From the NCBI GenBank assembly GCA_019058365.1, contig JAHPZE010000033.1, positions 1 to 42,687 of the forward strand: a DNA stretch of 42,687 nt, in the 5' to 3' direction. Source of the DNA: Promethearchaeota archaeon (GTDB lineage: Archaea > Asgardarchaeota > Lokiarchaeia > Sigyniarchaeales > SOKP01). Positions 1 through 9,498 of this stretch are shown here, piece after piece. The notes below the pieces were generated by a model, which worked only from the letters and a program-made list of their open reading frames with translations, had not been told where the DNA came from and did not search any database. A program made the translations under genes and the position numbers. The number at the start of each line of letters is the position of its first letter. The first letter of the stretch is position 1.

Positions 1-104
1 GTATGCCGATCATGAGAAAATAGATAAAAAAAATAAAATACTTAAATACTGAATAGAAAAATAAAAATTTGATTGTTAGGAAGTTTGTATTTATTCTTAA
101 AATA

Positions 105-947
105 TTATTGTTCTTTATCATATAATCCTGTTTTAGTTAAAAAATATTGTTTTGAATGGTGAGGTCTTCTAATTACTGTATTGTTATATTTCTCAATTTC
201 TCTTGCTTCATCACACATTAAAGCAGCAGTTCTCATCATTTCATGAGCAGCAGCTAAAAGTGGTATATACTCAGACCTCTCTTTTAATTGAAAACAAGCT
301 TTTCCAGTAACCTTAGAAACTGAAGTGGCTAATTCAAAAGCCGCGATTGCTTTAGCTTTTGCATATGGATTCGAGAAATTTGCCGCTTCTGAAGCTGTAT
401 TTGCGTCAATAATAATTTGAGGTAAAGTAGGTGGCCTTGATTCAAGCATATCTATAATTACTTTATTTAACTCTTCAGCAATTACTTGGAGTGCTCCTGT
501 GATCGCTAGAACTTTTAGTAAATCTGAATTGTATATACTCATTTCAATTTGATCAAGAAAAGGTCTACGTGCTCCGATCATACTATCACAATCTACTAAT
601 ATGTAACCCATTTTCTTTTCTTTTATTTCTTCTACTGCTTTTTTAGCAGGAGCATCAGAAATCACTATACATGGAATCCCACCAGCCATTTCTCTAGCAG
701 CTTTTGGCCCAGGTAAGGCAGCATTTGGACTTGACATAATTAATAATTCTGGTTCAAATTCAAGTAATTTTTTCATGGTATCTATACAATGGTTTGCTGG
801 ATGCATTTTTGCACCAGAAGTTACTTCTCTTACGTTAATTCTCGTAGCTTCTGCTCTCTCGTCCATTAAAAAAGCTAGCAACAAAGATGAGCCAATGGTT
901 CCATTTTTAAGAATACCTATCTTAAGTATTTTACCTTCTTCGCTCAT
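105..947 (-). CDS. mtd: F420-dependent methylene-tetrahydromethanopterin dehydrogenase
   Basis: KIGILKNGTIGSS, DERAE, TSGAKM, SPNAALPGP, DSMIGARRPFLD and NPYAKAKA match the Mtd family throughout. Start placed at ATG 947 (MSEEGK), preceded by an AGGTG SD-like motif; the ORF track starts at 956. Confidence 0.93.
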   Translation of the reverse strand: MSEEGKILKIGILKNGTIGSSLLLAFLMDERAEATRINVREVTSGAKMHPANHCIDTMKKLLEFEPELLIMSSPNAALPGPKAAREMAGGIPCIVISDAPAKKAVEEIKEKKMGYILVDCDSMIGARRPFLDQIEMSIYNSDLLKVLAITGALQVIAEELNKVIIDMLESRPPTLPQIIIDANTASEAANFSNPYAKAKAIAAFELATSVSKVTGKACFQLKERSEYIPLLAAAHEMMRTAALMCDEAREIEKYNNTVIRRPHHSKQYFLTKTGLYDKEQ

Positions 948-984
948 TTGAAACACCTTATTTTATAATTTCAAATTGTTATAT

Positions 985-1050
985 TAAAGGTATATAACCT
1001 TACAATTTTTCAATGTTTTTATTTTTTTTTTAAAATTTTATATAAAATAG
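985..1050. promoter_or_regulatory. Divergent mtd/ftr promoter region with two palindromes
   Basis: Inverted repeat AAGGT-ATATA-ACCTT (987-1001) and perfect 14-bp palindrome ATTTTATATAAAAT (1035-1048), which reads as a TATA box on both strands. Confidence 0.4.
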
Positions 1051-1120
1051 AATGCTATAAGATAATACAAATTAGAAAAAATTTAATGATTAATTTCGAC
1101 TTTAAGGAGAAGTAAATATA

Positions 1121-2035
1121 ATGGAGATCAATGGTGTAGAAATTGAAAAAAATGCCTACTGTGAAGCATTTGGGGCTGTTTTTAGTAGAATTTTAATAAC
1201 TGCTAAAAATGAAAAATGGGCTAAAATCGCTGCTCAGATTACCACTGGATATGGAACCTCAACTATTCATTGCGATGCAGAAGCTGGAATAGATTTATAT
1301 ATCTCACCAGAAAAGACTCCTGACAACCGTCCAGGAGTAATTCTAATGTTCTTTAAAAATAAAAAAGAAGAAATGAGTAAAGTAGTTATGAATCGAGTAG
1401 GACAATGTGTTTTTACCTGCCCTACAACTGCATGTTTTGATGCATTAGATATTTCCTTAGATCCAGAGAAAGTATTTGAAATAAAATTAGGGGCAAATCT
1501 AAAATTTTTTGGTGATGGATTTCAAGAAAAAGTTGAAGGAAGATATCCTTTTGAAGCGTGGTCAATTCCAGTTATGGAAGGAGAATTTATAGTTCAAAGT
1601 ATTGCAAAAGTTGGGAAAGGCATTGCTGGTGGCAACTTTTTAATAATTGGAAAAGATCAAGACTCTACGTTAGAAGCAGCTCAAAAGGCAATAGAAGCTG
1701 TAAAAGATGTTCCTAATGTAATAGCCCCATTTCCCGGTGGTATAGTACGTTCTGGTTCGAAGGTTGGCTCAAAGTATAGCTTTCTTAATGCTTCTACCAA
1801 TGAACCACTTTGCCCAACTTTAAGAGAAAAAATAGACAATTCACAATTAAGAGAAGGAGATAATTGCGTCTATGAAATCATTTTTGATGGCGCTACTGAA
1901 GAAGCTATTAAAACCGCAATGAAATTGGGAATTGAAGCAGCAGTTAAAGTTCCAGGGATAAATCGTATATCTGCAGGGAATTATGGAGGAAATCTTGGTA
2001 AGTTTCAGTACAATCTATATGAGCTCTTAGGATAA
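1121..2035 (+). CDS. ftr: Formylmethanofuran--tetrahydromethanopterin N-formyltransferase
   Basis: MEINGVEIE..YCEAF, GYGTSTIHCDAEAGID, TPDNRPG, RVGQCVFTCPTTA, GIAGGN, PFPGGIVRSGSKVGSKY and ISAGNYGGNLG are hallmark Ftr motifs. AAGGAG lies upstream. Confidence 0.96.
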   Translation: MEINGVEIEKNAYCEAFGAVFSRILITAKNEKWAKIAAQITTGYGTSTIHCDAEAGIDLYISPEKTPDNRPGVILMFFKNKKEEMSKVVMNRVGQCVFTCPTTACFDALDISLDPEKVFEIKLGANLKFFGDGFQEKVEGRYPFEAWSIPVMEGEFIVQSIAKVGKGIAGGNFLIIGKDQDSTLEAAQKAIEAVKDVPNVIAPFPGGIVRSGSKVGSKYSFLNASTNEPLCPTLREKIDNSQLREGDNCVYEIIFDGATEEAIKTAMKLGIEAAVKVPGINRISAGNYGGNLGKFQYNLYELLG

Positions 2036-2083
2036 GGCAATAGATATAATTTTGAAGATATAACAAAATAAAAGTTATTTTAA

Positions 2084-3793
2084 TTATAATTTTCTTTTTA
2101 TTTTTCGTTTAGGAATACCCTCTTTTTCCTCATCTTTAACAGGTTCAATTTCTTCAATTTCTTTTTCTTCAAGTTCCTCTTTAATTGATTTTGATTTTTC
2201 TTTTTTCCTGCGGAATGTCTTTTTAGTAGGTGTTTCTTTCTTTTTATTAATAATATTTTGAGATTCTCCAAATTTAGTTTTGAAATAACCATAAATAATA
2301 CCAATACCTGAAAGAATCCCAATACCTAATCCTGCAAAAAACAAAATCCATAGTAAAAAATTACTTAAAACATCTGGAATAATTCTGATTCCTTGAGGAG
2401 CTTTATCGTAGTCATCAATAAGACTTGTAACTGCACCATCTGAATCAATAACATAAAGATATACATCCCAAACTCCTGTTATTAAATCATAAGTCCTAAA
2501 GGTAATTTCAGTGTTTTCTCCAATATATTCTCGAGTTATATTAAACCATTCATTATTTTGATTTAAAAGTGCAACCTTAACATATGATACTCCTTCTTTG
2601 TCAGATACATTAAATTTAAAAACTATATTTCTACCATAAGGTATAGAAATAGCTTGATCCATACTTAATCCATTTATAGTATAACTATGAATTTCAGGGG
2701 CATTGTTCTTCACTGTTAGAAAAGTTTCTTTTGAAAAAGATCCTCCATGTTCATCACTCACCCTCACTTCAATCTTATATTTCCCAATAGGATTATATGC
2801 TGGAATATAAAATGTATCGGAAAATGAATTTTCACTATCAAATTCTATTAAATTTTGAAGCACAAGAGCACCTTCAGCATCATAAATATACATTGTTGGT
2901 ACTAAATTTTTGGATAGCGTTTCTATATCAGTGCAATTAAATGAGATAGTACAGTCCTCTGTTCTAAATATTTCATCAGGAGAAAATTCAATATTTGAGC
3001 TAATTATTGGATCATTATTTCTTACGTAAAAAGGAAAATATGCTGTTCCTTTTTTTCCAACGTTTTTATCAGTCATATTTAATTGTATATAATAGAATTG
3101 ATTTTTCTCAATGAAAGTCTCATTTTTTATCGGAAATGTGAATTGAACAATATTTTTTCCAAGGTTTAGTAGATCATTTTGGATCAGTACGTCTAAACTA
3201 TCAACAACAGTAACATTCCATGTAAAATCATAAGTTGAAAAATTGCTTACTATCATTTCAGCATTTAAAAAATCTTCAATATAATATTCAGAACTATTTA
3301 GATTTACTAAATAATTTGTCACAATTGTGAAATTCGTGTAAGTAGTATGTGAATTTAATAATGTATTTGTCTCATTGTAAATTAAAAAACTTACATTCTG
3401 AAATCCTAATGGTGCATTATATTCAGGCTTATATTCATAGAAGTATTTGTCATTACCAACAAAAGCCATGTCATAATATCTTGTTGAACCATTGCTAAAG
3501 GTAATTTGCATTTTTGAGTGATCCACGTCATCAATTTGTTCTAAATCAAAGGTATCAATAGTGAAATTGATAGACTCAAACAGACGATGAATAATTGTAG
3601 CATTTTGTTCTATTGTCCATAAAGGAAAAGCATAATCAGCAGTTTCAGGACTAAAAAGTTCTTCATTTTGGTAATAATCGGAATTTACATCAAGAAATTG
3701 CAAATTATTTATTGATAAATTAACCAGACTAGAAAAAGAGCTGAAAAAAATAAAAAGAATTAGTACTGTTATCTTATATTGTTTAGTTACCAA
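2084..3793 (-). CDS. Type I membrane/surface glycoprotein with repeated Ig-like beta domains
   Basis: N-terminal hydrophobic signal, beta-rich repeats beginning V(R/K)NNxPxI, many NxS/T sequons, C-terminal TM helix (FLLWILFFAGLGIGILSGIGIIYGYF) and a Lys/Glu-rich tail. TTG start. Confidence 0.7.
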   Translation of the reverse strand: MVTKQYKITVLILFIFFSSFSSLVNLSINNLQFLDVNSDYYQNEELFSPETADYAFPLWTIEQNATIIHRLFESINFTIDTFDLEQIDDVDHSKMQITFSNGSTRYYDMAFVGNDKYFYEYKPEYNAPLGFQNVSFLIYNETNTLLNSHTTYTNFTIVTNYLVNLNSSEYYIEDFLNAEMIVSNFSTYDFTWNVTVVDSLDVLIQNDLLNLGKNIVQFTFPIKNETFIEKNQFYYIQLNMTDKNVGKKGTAYFPFYVRNNDPIISSNIEFSPDEIFRTEDCTISFNCTDIETLSKNLVPTMYIYDAEGALVLQNLIEFDSENSFSDTFYIPAYNPIGKYKIEVRVSDEHGGSFSKETFLTVKNNAPEIHSYTINGLSMDQAISIPYGRNIVFKFNVSDKEGVSYVKVALLNQNNEWFNITREYIGENTEITFRTYDLITGVWDVYLYVIDSDGAVTSLIDDYDKAPQGIRIIPDVLSNFLLWILFFAGLGIGILSGIGIIYGYFKTKFGESQNIINKKKETPTKKTFRRKKEKSKSIKEELEEKEIEEIEPVKDEEKEGIPKRKIKRKL

Positions 3794-3800
3794 AATATCA

Positions 3801-6596
3801 TCATCTTCTTAATTTCTTATGTTTTATATCTTTATTTTTAAAATACAAGATAATTCCAATAGGCACAATACCAGGCAATAAATAGAATAAAATTAGATTT
3901 AATGTTGATAATTCAAGAGATACTCCAAAATAGAATAATGCGATTTCTTGATCTTTACTATCTGTTAATTTTACTCTATAACTCCTTATCCCAAATTCAT
4001 AAGGATTTATAGTTGGTACAATTTTTGCTACAATAATATTTTCTCCAGTATTTAAATCTGCTATATTTGTCCCAATTTTTATATCATTTATATACAATGA
4101 GAACGCTTCTGAAATTTCTTGATTATTTGTGATTATAATTATTAAGTACGCAGTCTTACCTTGTGGGATGCTTTTAGGAAATGTGGTGCTTATAATTTCA
4201 AACTTTGGTATAATTTCTACTGTAAAGATTTCTGAATAGTATTCTGTAGTATTTATTGAAATTTTCATTTCTATTCTAATTGTATCATTCAATATTGATT
4301 CTAATGTTTTTAAATTGTAAACTACAGTTATTGTTTCTTTTTCGCTTAAACTTTCCTCTGTTATAATATCTTCAATACTATTTTCAGTAATTCCAGTAAA
4401 ACTTACATTTAAAGTTTGAGTTGCATTAGGGAGAAAATTTTTCAGATTCATAGATACAAGTAAATTTTCTCCCTTCACCACTTTATCTTGATAGAGTAGG
4501 TTACTGTATTCAAATGAATATCCAATCTCTATTATCTCTTTGATTTCTAAATAAAGTATAGAACCACTTTTTATTCTGAAAAATATTTCACTACTTCCGG
4601 GTTCTGCACCAAATTTAGCTGTAAGGTTAAAATCTATCTGGATTAATTCTTCAACAGTGGTAAAATTAATTTCTTGAGAAGGAAAATTAACAATATCTTG
4701 ACCCTCAATAGATGCTGTTAAGGTTAAATTATTATTACGTGTATAATTTAAAAATAGAGAAACATTTACGATTGGCCCCTGATATAAGATTCCTGGTAAG
4801 CCTTCAATTGATTCATTAATTAATCCAGAAACAACATTAAACCGCTTAAGAGTGTTTGTTAGTTTAAAGAATGTTGTATTCGCCCACACATAAATATAAT
4901 ATCCATCAATTATAGGTAAGGTTTCATTAATTTCATAAAGTAGAGAATAGGAAGTTTTAGGGTCAATAATTATATCATCAAATTGATAAAAAAAAGTTCC
5001 ATTAGGATATTTAAAAATATAATTAATACTATAATTGGAAATATCATATTGTGCAGTAAAACGTCCATAAGATTCATTTTCAGGGTTATAATATTGACCG
5101 ATTTTTCTAAATGAATAGGTTGAAGTTAAATTCATGATATCTTGATTGAAGATAAAAGATGGTGCTTCTCCTGATACATTATAATTTACATTTATAACTG
5201 TGCTATTATAAATTTCAAAAGCATTCAAATAAGCTTTACTTAATTTAAGATTTGAGTTAAATGATTTAGTACTATTAGTGAAGGAAAAATCATAAACATG
5301 GTTAATATTATCATATAGATTATATTGGATAGACTTGTATATTTCCAATGCTTTATTGTAGTATGTTATATTTCCCGTTACTTCAAAAAATTTCAAACAA
5401 GCACTCATCATTAGGGCATTATCATTAAGGTTTAGACTATTATCAAATGTAGTCCAATCAGGGTTAACAATTCTCTTGTAAAGATTTACAGTATCATTCC
5501 AGAAATGTGAATTTAAGGTATTATAAAGTTGGTTGGCTCTTTTCAGATAAGTAGAATCATTTTCCATACCCGATGCAGTCCAAAATTCTAACAATGTAAA
5601 GAGTCCTAAAGCATTTGTACTTAAATAATAAAAATTATCAGTCCCCCCTATAGGCACCCAATTTTCATTTCCTCTATGATAAAATGCCTTATCTGCTGAA
5701 TCCCACATATGTTCATTAATATCATTCATGGTAAGGTTTGCTAGTTCGTAAGCTCTATCTTTTATAGAATTATCTAAACCGAGATCTTGATAAGTTTGGT
5801 GAATTAAGAGATTTGCTAATATGCTATAAAAATTACTTTCAACATGCTTTGTATTCGAAGAATTGTAATCATAAAATCCATTATATAAATATCTATCATC
5901 CCAAAATTCAGACGAGTTTATTAAATAGAACATTTCGTTAATAGACTGTCTTGGAGTTGTTCCACTAACAGTGAAGCTATTAATATCAGAACCTATATTT
6001 TCAATTAATAGGAAAATTGGCAATAAATTATCAATTAAAAATCTATTGTTATTCTTGATTTCCCCAGTTGTGTTATCAATCGATTTAACAAAACCATATT
6101 TGAATTCATTAACATCACCATTATACCAGAGTGTCGTATCCTTCAAATTTAAATATATTTCATATGTTTGAATATCATCAATTTCCATTTTCATTAATGA
6201 GTTGTAATAGAGTAAATTATCTTCCGAGAAAATTGTACCATCTAAAATATCGCCATCCTGGTCTCCATATCTATAATAAAGATCAATATCAAAATCTAAG
6301 TCAGATTGATATTTATTTGTAAAAAAATTACGTAGTAGAGTAAAATTCTCTGTAAATGGATCTTGAAGCATTGAAGTTGCAGATGTAGTTTTCAAATTAT
6401 TAATTATGGTATCAGAGTTATCATTATTATTATTAGAGAAATTATCATCGGAATATTTAATTCCAAAATGATTTCCGTTAATATATATAAAATTTAATAT
6501 AATCAAAAATGAAAAGAATAAGCATATTATTATTTTTAGTCCTTGCTTTTTCAACTTTCCCCTTTTTCTAATATTTAACAAGTTTAAAAATCTCAT
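3801..6596 (-). CDS. Large surface glycoprotein: (alpha/alpha)6-barrel (GH76/AGE-like) domain, Ig-like domains and C-terminal TM anchor
   Basis: N-terminal signal/TM. Repeated helix-hairpin motifs FWDD..GFY, MWDS..AFY, FWND..LY, LYD..VY and DNALMMSACLKFFEVTGNITYYNKALEIY. Beta-rich C-terminal half, TM at the end with a basic tail, more than 20 sequons. Confidence 0.65.
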   Translation of the reverse strand: MRFLNLLNIRKRGKLKKQGLKIIICLFFSFLIILNFIYINGNHFGIKYSDDNFSNNNNDNSDTIINNLKTTSATSMLQDPFTENFTLLRNFFTNKYQSDLDFDIDLYYRYGDQDGDILDGTIFSEDNLLYYNSLMKMEIDDIQTYEIYLNLKDTTLWYNGDVNEFKYGFVKSIDNTTGEIKNNNRFLIDNLLPIFLLIENIGSDINSFTVSGTTPRQSINEMFYLINSSEFWDDRYLYNGFYDYNSSNTKHVESNFYSILANLLIHQTYQDLGLDNSIKDRAYELANLTMNDINEHMWDSADKAFYHRGNENWVPIGGTDNFYYLSTNALGLFTLLEFWTASGMENDSTYLKRANQLYNTLNSHFWNDTVNLYKRIVNPDWTTFDNSLNLNDNALMMSACLKFFEVTGNITYYNKALEIYKSIQYNLYDNINHVYDFSFTNSTKSFNSNLKLSKAYLNAFEIYNSTVINVNYNVSGEAPSFIFNQDIMNLTSTYSFRKIGQYYNPENESYGRFTAQYDISNYSINYIFKYPNGTFFYQFDDIIIDPKTSYSLLYEINETLPIIDGYYIYVWANTTFFKLTNTLKRFNVVSGLINESIEGLPGILYQGPIVNVSLFLNYTRNNNLTLTASIEGQDIVNFPSQEINFTTVEELIQIDFNLTAKFGAEPGSSEIFFRIKSGSILYLEIKEIIEIGYSFEYSNLLYQDKVVKGENLLVSMNLKNFLPNATQTLNVSFTGITENSIEDIITEESLSEKETITVVYNLKTLESILNDTIRIEMKISINTTEYYSEIFTVEIIPKFEIISTTFPKSIPQGKTAYLIIIITNNQEISEAFSLYINDIKIGTNIADLNTGENIIVAKIVPTINPYEFGIRSYRVKLTDSKDQEIALFYFGVSLELSTLNLILFYLLPGIVPIGIILYFKNKDIKHKKLRR

Positions 6597-6822
6597 ATTG
6601 ACTTAAATATAGCAAATGAATAAGTATTTACCAATGTTTACTTTTTAAATTATATTTGTAAAAAATCCTTCTCTTTAAAATTTTTTTGGAAGGAATCATA
6701 TAAATCATAATATTTAGCAAAAGTGTAAGATTTAATTCTTTTTTGTTGATTTTTTGATTCTACAAATTAACTTTGAAACACGAGTCTTAGCTTCTTTAAA
6801 AAAAGATTCTTAGAAGTATAGA

Positions 6823-8322
6823 TTATTTAGAAGTATTGAGTTTTTTTCTTATTAGCTGAATCAAATCAATAACTTTAACTCTATCTTGTTTCATTGAATC
6901 TCTATATCTAATTGTAACGGTATTGTCTTCTAAAGACTCATAATCAATTGTAACGCAATACATTGTACCTATTTCATCTTGCCTTCTATATCTTTTTCCT
7001 ATAGAGCCCGTAGCATCAAAAAAAGAACTAATTCGATTTTCTAATAAATCTCTGTGAATCTTAAGTGCTAAATTTCTAATACTTTCTTTGTTTTTAACGA
7101 GTGGAAAGACAGCAACTGTATTGGGAGCTAAGTCTGGAATGAGTTTTAAATTTATTCTATCTTCTTCTACATTAAAAGTAGTTTCAAGGAGAGTGTAAAT
7201 AATTCTGTCAATTCCAAAAGCAATTTCAAGAATTTGAGGAATTTCTTTAATTTCTGAATCAGGACTCATACTTACTTCAAAATTCTGGTTTGAAAATTGA
7301 CTATGCCTTTTTAAATCATAATTAGTTCTATCATGTACTCCACAAATCTCAACCCATCCAAACTGTCTTGTTTTTATCTCTAAATCCCAAGCATCATCAG
7401 CATAGTGAGCACGTTCATTTATTGAATGTTGTCTAAATCTAATTACTTCTTCTGGAAACCCTAGAATTTTAGTTAAATAATAACTTATATACATACAATA
7501 AGCATACGCAGGTTTTTTTAAAATCTTGGTTTTGATTGCCTTCTCAAGTGAAATTATATCAGGTCTATCAATAATTTTTTCTTGGAGTGGCCAATCTAAT
7601 AATGGTAATGTCGATTTTTTGATTTCCTCATAATCATCAAATACCATTTCTTGTTGCTTACCGATGAATATTTGTAATTCAAATTGATCAAATGCTCTCA
7701 TTCGAAGAACTCCTTGTCGTGGAGAAATTTCATTTCGATATGCTTTACCAATTTGGTAAATTTTAATTGGATATTGCCTTCTGGCATCTTGATCTAAACG
7801 ATTAAATAATAAATAAGTTGTTGTTGCTGTTTCTGGTCGTAAATATGCAGTAACATTGTTTCCAACAGAAGTTTTCAACATCAAATTATATTCTTCAATT
7901 TTTTCAAAATTACTTCCGCATTTTGGGCAATTTAATTCATGTTTTTTGATTAAATTTTCCATTTCTTCAAATGACAAGCCATCTATCATTAATCTGGGAA
8001 GGTTTTCTTGAAGAAATTTATCTGCCCTATACAACGTGTTGCATTTATTACATCTCATTACAGGATCAACAAATCTTTCTAAGTGTCCTGAAGCCTCCCA
8101 AACGATACTCGGCATGATTGTTGGGCACTCAACCTCTCCAAAACCAAAATAACGACATTCTCGTCTAAAAAGATCTAAGATATTGTTTTTAAGAGCCATC
8201 CCTGCCGGACCATAGGAATAGAAACCGGCAAGTCCACCATAGATTTCTGGAGAAGGCCCCCAAATGAACCCACGGCGTTTCATGAGTGAATTAAACGTCT
8301 CAATGTTATTCTCGATTTTCAT
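6823..8322 (-). CDS. glyS: Glycine--tRNA ligase (archaeal/eukaryotic homodimeric type)
   Basis: RRGFIW..EIYGG..GFYSYGPAG, YLRPETA, QIGKAYRNEISPRQG, ERAHYA, GWVEICG, GIDR and GSIGKRYRRQDEIGT. Confidence 0.97.
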   Translation of the reverse strand: MKIENNIETFNSLMKRRGFIWGPSPEIYGGLAGFYSYGPAGMALKNNILDLFRRECRYFGFGEVECPTIMPSIVWEASGHLERFVDPVMRCNKCNTLYRADKFLQENLPRLMIDGLSFEEMENLIKKHELNCPKCGSNFEKIEEYNLMLKTSVGNNVTAYLRPETATTTYLLFNRLDQDARRQYPIKIYQIGKAYRNEISPRQGVLRMRAFDQFELQIFIGKQQEMVFDDYEEIKKSTLPLLDWPLQEKIIDRPDIISLEKAIKTKILKKPAYAYCMYISYYLTKILGFPEEVIRFRQHSINERAHYADDAWDLEIKTRQFGWVEICGVHDRTNYDLKRHSQFSNQNFEVSMSPDSEIKEIPQILEIAFGIDRIIYTLLETTFNVEEDRINLKLIPDLAPNTVAVFPLVKNKESIRNLALKIHRDLLENRISSFFDATGSIGKRYRRQDEIGTMYCVTIDYESLEDNTVTIRYRDSMKQDRVKVIDLIQLIRKKLNTSK

Positions 8323-8441
8323 ATAGATTTTAAAAGTGTATTATACTATTTGTATTTTAAGATATTACAAGTAAATTAAAATAAATTTTTATAATAGGAA
8401 TATAATAATATTATCATAATTAAAAAAAAATGTGTTAGAAT

Positions 8442-9296
8442 ATGTTGTTTCAAGCGAATTTCCAATATTTCGGCTTCTGGGACGCTCTTGAGTTTGGGCT
8501 CTATTTTGTTATTGTTGGGTATTTCTTCCTCTTATTTTTCTACTTCCTATTCATACGATATAGAACTTCAAGGAAGTTGTATTGGCTGTTTTTTAGCTTG
8601 TTTTTTCTATGTTTTGGTATTGCACGCGTATTTTTCATTGTATATTATTTTTTCGGTCCAGAACTATTCGATGGAGGTAATAGTATAGAAGTTGTGGCTT
8701 TTTTAATGATAAATTTTCGCTTTGCTACATTCTTTACTTGGATGGGGGTAGCTTGTGCTGTTGGAGTTTTAGGAATTCTCTTGTTTCCACCTGAAATAAA
8801 AGAGGAAAAAAAAGGAAAAAAATCATTAGTCGAATGGTTTAAAAATAAAAAAAATCTCGAATTACTTATTCGGATAGGATTATTTGCTCTTCCAATTATT
8901 ATAGGGATTCTTGCATTAACATTATCAGATAGCTTATTTATGGATCCTGATTTTCGTGATGATTATGGTATTAGTGTTGAATTAACGTTGATAAGATTTG
9001 GTTCATGGGAATATCCTCTTGGTAGATTTCTGTTTAATTTTATTTTTATGCCCTTATTCCTTGTTTTAATCCCATTTGTCTTTCTTTATCTAGCTTGGAA
9101 AACATTTGGAGTATTAAGAAAATCATATGCTTTAAATGCTATTGGGTTTCTTCTTTATTTTATTGGAGGGAGAATAATGCAAGGAGTATTAGATGTAGCT
9201 ACATTACCCCATTTAAGAGCTGTAATGCCCCCATTACTAATATTACTAGCACTTCTTATTCTAGTAATTGCAAATAATTACGAACAACTTAAATAA
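8442..9296 (+). CDS. Stand-alone seven-transmembrane membrane protein
   Basis: Seven hydrophobic segments by inspection, a Lys-rich loop after TM3 and no soluble output domain. Confidence 0.7.
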   Translation: MLFQANFQYFGFWDALEFGLYFVIVGYFFLLFFYFLFIRYRTSRKLYWLFFSLFFLCFGIARVFFIVYYFFGPELFDGGNSIEVVAFLMINFRFATFFTWMGVACAVGVLGILLFPPEIKEEKKGKKSLVEWFKNKKNLELLIRIGLFALPIIIGILALTLSDSLFMDPDFRDDYGISVELTLIRFGSWEYPLGRFLFNFIFMPLFLVLIPFVFLYLAWKTFGVLRKSYALNAIGFLLYFIGGRIMQGVLDVATLPHLRAVMPPLLILLALLILVIANNYEQLK

Positions 9297-9498
9297 AAAA
9301 GTTTTACTTTTAATTCTTATAATTATTTTAATCATTTTTTATTCAAAACCAATTCATAGGATAAATAGGAACAATTAAAGAACCAGTTTTTAATTACCAA
9401 TTGAAAAAAAGATTAAAAATTTAAAATTGAATCTCTTTAAATTTAATATATTTGAAATATATAATATAGAAATTAATTAAAAATTCAAGATATTATCC

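Noticed and set aside
2084-3830. C-terminal basic tails as KKxx ER-retrieval signals
   Set aside because: Neither tail has Lys at position -3; the positive-inside rule and AT-rich codon bias suffice.
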